The translations under genes were made by a program, and so were the position numbers. The notes under the pieces were generated by a model that had not been told where the DNA came from, did not search any database, and worked only from the letters and a program-made list of their open reading frames with translations. Source: an uncultured Verrucomicrobiota bacterium (GTDB lineage: Bacteria > Verrucomicrobiota > Kiritimatiellia > RFP12 > UBA1067). From it: a DNA stretch of 26,628 nucleotides. The stretch lies in assembly GCA_945487985.1 (NCBI GenBank), contig CALYTX010000001.1, positions 1-26,628 of the forward strand, in the 5' to 3' direction. This document shows, piece after piece, positions 8,209 to 15,078 of the stretch (positions are counted from its first letter, which is position 1; the number at the start of each line of letters is the position of its first letter).

Positions 8209-10269
8209 TCAACACACTGGGATTCCAGCACCGGCGAGCGCCATTGGCGATACCACTCCGCCGCCGCTCCCGGGCTCGCCCGCATAGAGGATCATCCCCT
8301 CGGAAACGCCAACGGACATCTTACGCGGCGCGAGATTAGCGACGAAGACAACCTCCTTGCCGACGAGTGCCGAGGGATCGGGATACGCCGCGCGAATGCC
8401 CGAGAAAATCGTCCGTTCGCCAAGCGCGCCCGCGTCGATAACGAATTTGAGCAGCTTGGCGCTCTTGGGAACGATTTCACAGCTCTTGACCAGCCCCACT
8501 CGCAAATCAATTTTCTCGAAATCCGCAAAAGCGATTTCACCTTTAATCCCTGGCGCGGCAACCGCAACAGCGGCGGACTTGGCTTTGTTCTTGGAAGCGC
8601 GACTTTCATGTTGAACCTCGCCAGAATCGGCGGGCTTCACCGTAGCGGCGGCGACCATCGCCTCCACCTGCCCGACATCAATGCGACTGGCAAGATACTC
8701 GTAGTCGCCCAGAGAGCGGTTTTCCAGCGTGGTCGCGATCGACTTCCATGTCCAACTCGTCTCGCCGAACAGTTTCATCGCCTTCTCGGCGTAGACTGGC
8801 AACACCGGCTGGAGATAGATGGCCAGAATGCGGAAGGCGTTCAATGCCGCAGTGAGCGTCACGCGCGTCGCTTCGGAATCGGTCTTCACCGTCTTCCACG
8901 GTTCCTTGCGGTCGAAGTACGCGTTCACGGCGTCGGCCAGACGACAGATTTCCACCACCGCCATATTGAAGCGTCGTTCCTCGTAGAAGCCGGCAATCGT
9001 TTCCGCGGCCGCGCGGCACTCCGCCACCAGTTCGGCACCCTCGGCGTCGAGCGCACCCAGGCGTCCGCTTAGTTTTTTCTGCAACATCTGCGCGCCGCGC
9101 GAAGCGATATTGGTAATCTTGCCGACAAGATCGGAATTGACGCGCTGGACAAAATCGGTCAGATTCAGATCCATGTCATCGGTGCTTCCGCCGAGCTTCG
9201 CCGCGTAATAATAGCGCAATGCCTCGGGCGGCAGATTGTCGAGATAGGTGCGGGCGTTAATGAATGTTCCCTTTGATTTCGACATTTTCTCGCCATTGAC
9301 GGTGAGAAAGCCGTGGACGAAGATTTTATCGGGTTGCGCGAACCCAGCCGTATGCAGCATTCCTGGCCAGAACAAGCAATGGAAACGAATAATATCCTTG
9401 CCAATGAAATGATAACGTTCGGCCTTGGGGTTCTGCCAGTAGTCATCAAACGATTTGCCGTGCGCCGCGCACCAGTTCGCGAGCGATGCGAGATAGCCGA
9501 TAGGCGCGTCAACCCAGACGTAAAAATACTTGTCCGGATCTCCGGGAATCTCGAAGCCGAAATAAGGCGCCGATCTGGAGATGCACCATCCGCGAAGCGG
9601 TTCCTTGAACCATTCCAGCAACTTGTTGGACACATCGCTCGTTGTGTGCGCAGGAATCCACTTCTCGAGATAGTCGTGCTGCGGCTCGAGCTCGAAATAA
9701 AGATGCTCGGAATCGCGAACTACCGGAGTGCCGCCGCACGTGGTGCATATCGGCGCCCCCAGCTCCTCGGCCGCATAAGTTGCTCCGCACCGGTCGCAAC
9801 TGTCGCCATACTGCCCTTCGGCACCGCACTTCGGGCAAATTCCCTTCACAAATCGGTCCGGCAAAAACATCTGGCAGTGCTCGCAATAGAGCTGCGGCGT
9901 CGTTTTGCGGGTGATGCCGCCAGATTTTTTCATCGCCTCATAAAAAAGCTCAGAAAGCTGCCGGTTTTCCGGGGAATTTGTCGAGTAGTAGTTATCAAAG
10001 GCAATCTGGAAATCAGTGAAATCCTTCAAATGGATAGCATGGGTATGCTCAACCAACTCTTCGGGGCTAATGCCTTCCCGGCGCGCACGAATCATGATGG
10101 GCGTGCCATGGGTATCGTCGGCGCAAACATAGACGCAATCGTGCCCGCGAAGTTTCTGAAAACGAACCCAGATATCAGTTTGAATATATTCGACCAAATG
10201 CCCAAGATGAATGTCTCCGTTGGCATATGGCAACGCGCTGGTGACCACAATTTTTCTTTGCTCGTCCAT
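8209..10269 (-). CDS. metG: methionyl-tRNA synthetase with C-terminal tRNA-binding domain
   Basis: ALPYANGDIHLGH, KMSKS, two Zn-knuckle CxxC pairs, YVWVDAPIGY, C-terminal DFEKIDLRVG...ANLAPRKM; AGGAG RBS. Confidence 0.98.
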   Translation of the reverse strand: MDEQRKIVVTSALPYANGDIHLGHLVEYIQTDIWVRFQKLRGHDCVYVCADDTHGTPIMIRARREGISPEELVEHTHAIHLKDFTDFQIAFDNYYSTNSPENRQLSELFYEAMKKSGGITRKTTPQLYCEHCQMFLPDRFVKGICPKCGAEGQYGDSCDRCGATYAAEELGAPICTTCGGTPVVRDSEHLYFELEPQHDYLEKWIPAHTTSDVSNKLLEWFKEPLRGWCISRSAPYFGFEIPGDPDKYFYVWVDAPIGYLASLANWCAAHGKSFDDYWQNPKAERYHFIGKDIIRFHCLFWPGMLHTAGFAQPDKIFVHGFLTVNGEKMSKSKGTFINARTYLDNLPPEALRYYYAAKLGGSTDDMDLNLTDFVQRVNSDLVGKITNIASRGAQMLQKKLSGRLGALDAEGAELVAECRAAAETIAGFYEERRFNMAVVEICRLADAVNAYFDRKEPWKTVKTDSEATRVTLTAALNAFRILAIYLQPVLPVYAEKAMKLFGETSWTWKSIATTLENRSLGDYEYLASRIDVGQVEAMVAAATVKPADSGEVQHESRASKNKAKSAAVAVAAPGIKGEIAFADFEKIDLRVGLVKSCEIVPKSAKLLKFVIDAGALGERTIFSGIRAAYPDPSALVGKEVVFVANLAPRKMSVGVSEGMILYAGEPGSGGGVVSPMALAGAGIPVC

Positions 10270-10292
10270 ATAACTCCTAAAATGTCTGCTGT

Positions 10293-10301
10293 ATTATATC
10301 A
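10293..10301 (-). promoter_or_regulatory. extended -10 promoter (TGATATAAT) for metG and the downstream run
   Basis: Perfect TGnTATAAT 23 nt upstream of the metG ATG. Confidence 0.65.
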
Positions 10302-10371
10302 AAAACGCGCGCCGCGCGTAGGTAAAGAAGCACACTTGAAGGCGAGGGGGAGCAATTGCTGGGCGAAAATC

Positions 10372-10380
10372 TGCTATAAT
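10372..10380 (+). promoter_or_regulatory. extended -10 promoter (TGCTATAAT) for the thioesterase
   Basis: Perfect TGnTATAAT, divergent from the metG promoter, with an ATG 7 nt downstream. Confidence 0.6.
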
Positions 10381-10387
10381 ACCAGGC

Positions 10388-10474
10388 ATGAGAACGTTTC
10401 GGAACTTCAAGCGTGAATGGAGAAGCCTCACCGCAGTCATACACCCATCGGAAACCGACGGACAAATGCCATGA
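10388..10474 (+). CDS. possible leaderless 28-aa upstream ORF MRTFRNFKREWRSLTAVIHPSETDGQMP
   Basis: ATG 7 nt after TATAAT; its TGA overlaps the thioesterase ATG (ATGA, 10471-10474). No homology recognised. Confidence 0.3.
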   Translation: MRTFRNFKREWRSLTAVIHPSETDGQMP

Positions 10475-11241
10475 CGACAGGTTGTGAATACAAATTCCAG
10501 GTCAGATCCTATGAATGCGGAGCCAATAGCGAAGCAACTCTGCCTACAATTTGCAATTATCTACAGGAGGCGGCCAGCCTGAATGCGGAGGCGTTGTCGT
10601 TCTCCCGGTCGAACTTCGACGCCGCCGGCGAGAATATCTCCTGGGTGCTCACGCGAATGCGGGTGAAGATGGATCGCTATCCCCGCTGGGAGGAACCAAT
10701 CACCGTCGCCACCTGGCCAAGCGGCGGACACCGCATCGTCGCCACTCGCGACTTCGAGATTCGCTCGGCAGATGGCGCCCGACTCGGCGTCGCAACAAGC
10801 GAGTGGATGCTCATCGACTTGTCAAGCCGAAAGGTCGTGGCGATTCCGTCCTCGGTCTTCGCGTGCGTGGACACATCCTGTCCGCCGGTCTTCGGCAACG
10901 CACCATTCTCCAAACTGCGCTGGGAATGCCATGAGGTCGCGGATGCGCAGACATTCCGCGCTCGACGCGGCGATATCGACCTCAACCGCCACGTAAACAA
11001 CGTCCACTATATTGAGTGGCTGCTGGAGACCGTTCCGGACGGAAAAGGAAGCTGCTCGGACTTTGAGATCATCTTTCGCTCTGAGGCATTGGCCGGCGAC
11101 GAAGTCCGTGCCGAAGGCATCGAGGTCGAACCCAGCGTCTTCGTCCATCGCATCTCATCGCGAGACGGACGCGACCATGTGCTTGCTCGGACGCGCTGGA
11201 GCACACAAAACACGATCTGCGCGGCGAACCGCGCGACTTAA
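10471..11241 (+). CDS. acyl-ACP thioesterase (FatA/FatB-like double hotdog)
   Basis: YLQEAASLNAEAL, ISWVLTRMRVKMDRYPRWEE, RDFEI, DIDLNRHVNNVHYIEWLLE catalytic motif. Start could be 10417 or 10471. Confidence 0.92.
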   Translation: MTTGCEYKFQVRSYECGANSEATLPTICNYLQEAASLNAEALSFSRSNFDAAGENISWVLTRMRVKMDRYPRWEEPITVATWPSGGHRIVATRDFEIRSADGARLGVATSEWMLIDLSSRKVVAIPSSVFACVDTSCPPVFGNAPFSKLRWECHEVADAQTFRARRGDIDLNRHVNNVHYIEWLLETVPDGKGSCSDFEIIFRSEALAGDEVRAEGIEVEPSVFVHRISSRDGRDHVLARTRWSTQNTICAANRAT

Positions 11242-11292
11242 AGCCGTAAATCTTGCTGGGCCATGCCGACGAACTGTCAGCAGGACGGACAA

Positions 11293-12438
11293 TTACTTGG
11301 CCGAGTTTGAGATTACCTCTGCGCCCTTGTCGCCAACGATTACAAGATCTTCAATGCGCACGCCCAGAACGCCTTCGAGGTAAAGTCCCGGCTCGATTGT
11401 CACCACCATCCCCTTTTCGAGCACATATTGCGAACGCTTGCCGACAACAGGCGCTTCGTGGATTTCAATACCCACGCCATGTCCCAGCGAATGGCCGAAG
11501 TTTTTGCCGAAGTCTGCTTGCGTAAGATAGCGGCGCGCTACCTGGTCGAGATCGGAAGCCCTCATACCCGGCTTGACCGCTGCGATGGCGCGACGGTTGG
11601 CCTCCATGACGAGAGAATAAATCTTCCGGTAGATGCGCGACGGATGCTCTGGAACGATATTGCGCGTCATGTCCGAACAATAGCCGTCGAATTTTACACC
11701 CATATCAACAAGCACTGGCTCGCGTCCGCTCCATATGGTGTCATCTGGAACATGGTGGCATTCGGCAGAGTTTTTCCCCACCGAAACTATCGTCGCAAAC
11801 GCCTCGCCGTCGCCCTTTTCAATCATCAAATGTTTGATGATCCGCGCCATTTCCCGCTCGGTCATCCCGGGGCGGAAGCGATTGCGCGCCTCTGACCAAA
11901 TATCATCGGTAAGGGCCGCGGCGGCACGCACACGATCAAGTTCGGCTGGCGTTTTCACCGCGCGCAATTTTGCGATTCCAACACTGATATCGACAAACTC
12001 CGCTCCTGGGGCAAGATTCGAGCGAGGATTCTCCGCCATGTAGAATCTGGCCGAAGACGACAGGGCAATTCCAGGGAAAACTTTCGCAAGCAATACATAT
12101 TTTGCATGCGGAATCGAACTCTCGAATCCCACTCTCCGGAATACCCGCTCGCCAAACCTCAGCGGAGTTTTGCCGTTCAAGGCCTTGATGTCGCAAACCC
12201 TTATCCAAGGCGCAAGGCGATGCACCATCGGCACATAGCGAAAGTCGGTGAAAAAAACCGCCTCGTCTTTCCCTTCGCCGCCCAAGCTTGGCATAACGAA
12301 CAGACATGCATTGTCGCATTCGATTCCAGTCAACGCTTTGATGTTCGCCTCGCTGAAAACCGCCGCTCCGTCGATTCGCTGCCTGCGCAAATCCTGGACG
12401 AACAAACCGAGGCGCTCGGCAAAAGGATTGTTTTTCAC
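11293..12438 (-). CDS. M24 family Xaa-Pro aminopeptidase
   Basis: FFTDFRY, LRAVKTPAE, PHH-like ECHHVPD, VDMGVKFDGYCSDMTR, FGHSLGHGVGIEIHEAP, VTIEPGLY, GVRIEDLV. Confidence 0.93.
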   Translation of the reverse strand: MKNNPFAERLGLFVQDLRRQRIDGAAVFSEANIKALTGIECDNACLFVMPSLGGEGKDEAVFFTDFRYVPMVHRLAPWIRVCDIKALNGKTPLRFGERVFRRVGFESSIPHAKYVLLAKVFPGIALSSSARFYMAENPRSNLAPGAEFVDISVGIAKLRAVKTPAELDRVRAAAALTDDIWSEARNRFRPGMTEREMARIIKHLMIEKGDGEAFATIVSVGKNSAECHHVPDDTIWSGREPVLVDMGVKFDGYCSDMTRNIVPEHPSRIYRKIYSLVMEANRRAIAAVKPGMRASDLDQVARRYLTQADFGKNFGHSLGHGVGIEIHEAPVVGKRSQYVLEKGMVVTIEPGLYLEGVLGVRIEDLVIVGDKGAEVISNSAK

Positions 12439-12460
12439 CCCATCTTTCCTTTCTACAGTT

Positions 12461-12790
12461 TCACTCCGGCACCGTCATGACCGGGATGTGCACCTCTTCG
12501 CTGACCTTCACTTCCGAAGAGCCGAAAATCACATCTGCCGCCAGCGCAGAGACGGCAATCGTTCCGCCCCCGTAGGCCGAAAAATAGGCTTCCTCTCCGC
12601 CAAAACCGTTCAACGCACCCTTCCCGGCACGCGCGCGGATTGTCCGTTGCTCGCCGCCGGCAAGCGTGATAAAATGAACGAAGGCGAAAAGAGCGGACAA
12701 CACGAGCGAAACCGCAAACATGCCAATGGCCAGCTCTACAAGCGCCTGAGCGCGTTCGGAACGCCGTCGGAACTGCCGATCAATGCCCAT
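12461..12790 (-). CDS. TadE/TadF-like minor pilin
   Basis: Basic leader RRRSERA, then QALVE and a hydrophobic helix (E at +5); lies within the Tad cluster. Confidence 0.75.
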   Translation of the reverse strand: MGIDRQFRRRSERAQALVELAIGMFAVSLVLSALFAFVHFITLAGGEQRTIRARAGKGALNGFGGEEAYFSAYGGGTIAVSALAADVIFGSSEVKVSEEVHIPVMTVPE

Positions 12791-14195
12791 GGCTCGTGCC
12801 TCCGTGCCCTCCGGGACCGCCGGTGCCGCGCCGGCAATAGCCCGAATTGTATTTGAGCCAAATCACGCCCTCGCGGCGAAACGACGCCCTCTCCCACGAT
12901 TGAAGCTGCAGACAATAGAAGCATCCCTGTGCATTCAGCGGGCCGTACTCAAGATATGCGCCAAGGTGGTGACGGACATGATTCACCCAGCCGAAATCGG
13001 CCGTGGCGAGATTTTCCCCACCGACAGAATCAAGCGCAACCAGCCGCACATTGGTCATAGTCCGCGGCACTACGAACGAATTAAGCGCAGTAACAACATC
13101 GCGCTCGAGTTCGAAGGTCTCAACCGTACCGAATGGCTTGGCCGCGGCACTCCACGTCAAATTGGCTACCGCATCCACCGCCGTCGGCTCTAAACTCGCA
13201 TCGCATCGACATACTGCCGCCGCGCCACGAATGTTGTATTCGGGCTTGATGTCCCCCACGATTGGAAAGGCATAGCCGTAGTCATCTCCCGCCAACGCGC
13301 GTCCGTTGAACCATTGAGTCCATACCGAATCATCGTAGAAAAACCACACCTCCTCGCGATTCGTCAGAATATGCGAAGCGGCAAGCTCCTCGTCGGATAC
13401 CTTCCTTTCGCAGTAACGCTCGAGAAGCAATTTGATTTCCTCGCGAGTAAAAACTTCGCTCAACGCCCCCTTGCGCGCGCTCAAATGCAAGGAGAATATC
13501 TCCGAATTGCCAAGGGAATTCTGTTTGCGCGAAGGCAATTCCCCCCAGTCATGGAAATTCCGGTAGTCGCTCAGGACATTTTTGCAGTTGAAATGAAACC
13601 AACACCAGTTCTTGCCGGAAATGGCATTGTAAAACTGGCGGTTCAGCAGCAAATGTCCTCCCGCAGCATCATAAAACTCCATATTGTCAGGACCTGCGGC
13701 CAGACCGCCGGCAATGGCGTTTTCGATTGCGCTGGCGTAATCGGTCCAAGCGCCAGGGTACGCCTCGGGGTAAGGATCGCCGTCCTGTCCGCCGCCGGCA
13801 TAGACGGTGCGGATATCCTTGATATGTTCGCGCAAAATCTGCGAGAACTCATCGCGCACGGCCATGCCGTTCTTCCTCGCGGCCTTGTCGGCAAGCACCA
13901 ACGCTTGCACTGGACCTATCAGAGCCAACCGACGCTGGGAAAGCACGATTTCGTCACACAACTTCGCGTCGTTGGCTATCGCCGCCTGAAGATGCTCGAT
14001 ATTGAGCCGGCCGATTTCGTTGATAAGCGATCCTTGTTTGCGCGCAGCTGCAATGGCCGCAGCATCACCGCCGTTCTGCAGATGGTTTTTGGTCCGCACC
14101 GCAATGAATGTATCCACATTCAGCAACACCAGCAGAACTATAACCGCCAGCACGAAGGCGAGCACAATAGCAATCTGTCCGCGGCGGGCATCCAT
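12780..14195 (-). CDS. TadG-like large minor pilin
   Basis: RRG|QIAIVLAFVLAVIVLLVLL with no E5, followed by the Tad motif LQNGGDAAAIAAAR; translationally coupled to both neighbours. Confidence 0.8.
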   Translation of the reverse strand: MDARRGQIAIVLAFVLAVIVLLVLLNVDTFIAVRTKNHLQNGGDAAAIAAARKQGSLINEIGRLNIEHLQAAIANDAKLCDEIVLSQRRLALIGPVQALVLADKAARKNGMAVRDEFSQILREHIKDIRTVYAGGGQDGDPYPEAYPGAWTDYASAIENAIAGGLAAGPDNMEFYDAAGGHLLLNRQFYNAISGKNWCWFHFNCKNVLSDYRNFHDWGELPSRKQNSLGNSEIFSLHLSARKGALSEVFTREEIKLLLERYCERKVSDEELAASHILTNREEVWFFYDDSVWTQWFNGRALAGDDYGYAFPIVGDIKPEYNIRGAAAVCRCDASLEPTAVDAVANLTWSAAAKPFGTVETFELERDVVTALNSFVVPRTMTNVRLVALDSVGGENLATADFGWVNHVRHHLGAYLEYGPLNAQGCFYCLQLQSWERASFRREGVIWLKYNSGYCRRGTGGPGGHGGTSHGH

Positions 14196-14665
14196 CAGAA
14201 CCCTCCGTCATTCATATAAAACGGGTAGTGCGCTTCACACGCGGCACGCCCAGACGCCTCGATTTCCTCCGCCGTCAAATCTACCGCAACTTCCACCGCA
14301 GCGGAAAGACCCGCGCCCGAGCGAATGTCGATGGCGGTATGCGGCCAGTATTCGTACTCTAAAACGCCGTTCGCGAGCGCTTCGTCTTCCGACGAAAGAT
14401 AAATCGGCACGCGCGAGACCTCGGCAAAGCCACCCTCCTCGGGCCACAGGCGCCGCCCGGCGACCGGGATCATCGCCACTCTGGCCGATTTCTCGCACAT
14501 GAAATCGTTGAACCCAACAGCCTTCGCCCGCGCAGCGCGCGCGGCAGCGTGGTCAAGAAGCGTAAGCGCCTCGAGCTTACGGGAAATCCCGTAAGCTCCG
14601 GAGAATATCGCCATTATCAGCAAAATGGCGATCACCGTTTCGACGATCGCCTGGCCGCGGTGCAT
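14195..14665 (-). CDS. TadE-like minor pilin
   Basis: MHRG|QAIVETVIAILLIMAIFSG, then LDHAAARAARA. Confidence 0.82.
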   Translation of the reverse strand: MHRGQAIVETVIAILLIMAIFSGAYGISRKLEALTLLDHAAARAARAKAVGFNDFMCEKSARVAMIPVAGRRLWPEEGGFAEVSRVPIYLSSEDEALANGVLEYEYWPHTAIDIRSGAGLSAAVEVAVDLTAEEIEASGRAACEAHYPFYMNDGGF

Positions 14666-14691
14666 TCTGAAGAGCGCTCCAGAATCGCGGC

Positions 14692-14847
14692 TCAGTTGCC
14701 GGATTCTTCAATCTTGTCGCCGGCTTCCTCGAACTTGTCGCCAACCTTGCCGGAGAACACTTTCACAACTGCGATAAGCGCAATGGCAATCAGACTTACG
14801 ATGAGGATATATTCGACCATCGTCTGCCCTTTTCTCATTTTCTTCAT
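14692..14847 (-). CDS. flp: Flp major pilin (51 aa; not in the ORF track)
   Basis: MKKMRKG|QTMVEYILIVSLIAIALIAVVKVFSGKVGDKFEEAGDKIEESGN: G at -1, E5-Y6 Flp motif, hydrophobic helix; AAAGGA RBS upstream. Confidence 0.9.
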   Translation of the reverse strand: MKKMRKGQTMVEYILIVSLIAIALIAVVKVFSGKVGDKFEEAGDKIEESGN

Positions 14848-14863
14848 TTCAGCGGTCCTTTCT

Positions 14864-15019
14864 TTAGGGATAATCCGAACCCACGAGACTTTCCGTGCGC
14901 ACCACCGCCCGCCGCGTTGCCCCCAACAAATAGGTCAACGAGCCGACTACCGCCAGCAACGCGCTAAAGACGAGCACATACTCGACCAGCGTCTGCCCTT
15001 TCCTGCCCCGCAGTTTCAT
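14864..15019 (-). CDS. second Flp-like pilin (51 aa)
   Basis: MKLRGRKG|QTLVEYVLVFSALLAVVGSLTYLLG; start at ATG 15017-15019, not 15127. Confidence 0.8.
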   Translation of the reverse strand: MKLRGRKGQTLVEYVLVFSALLAVVGSLTYLLGATRRAVVRTESLVGSDYP

Positions 15020-15026
15020 TACTTTA

Positions 15027-15035
15027 ATTATATCA
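15027..15035 (-). promoter_or_regulatory. extended -10 promoter (TGATATAAT) heading the flp-tad operon, probably leaderless
   Basis: TATAAT 7 nt upstream of the flp-like ATG, with no SD in between. Confidence 0.6.
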
Positions 15036-15078
15036 CAAATCCGCCCAACCGGCACGGCGTAAAAATCGCAGCCGCCTA

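Noticed and set aside
7270-8285. Extended starts given by the ORF track for the FHA gene (7341) and tadC (8285); likewise 15127, 18768 and 24480
   Set aside because: The extensions overlap upstream genes or promoters; downstream ATGs have RBS, coupling or signal-peptide support.
10270-10301. T-box or SAM riboswitch upstream of metG
   Set aside because: The promoter is only about 23 nt from the start codon, leaving no room for one.
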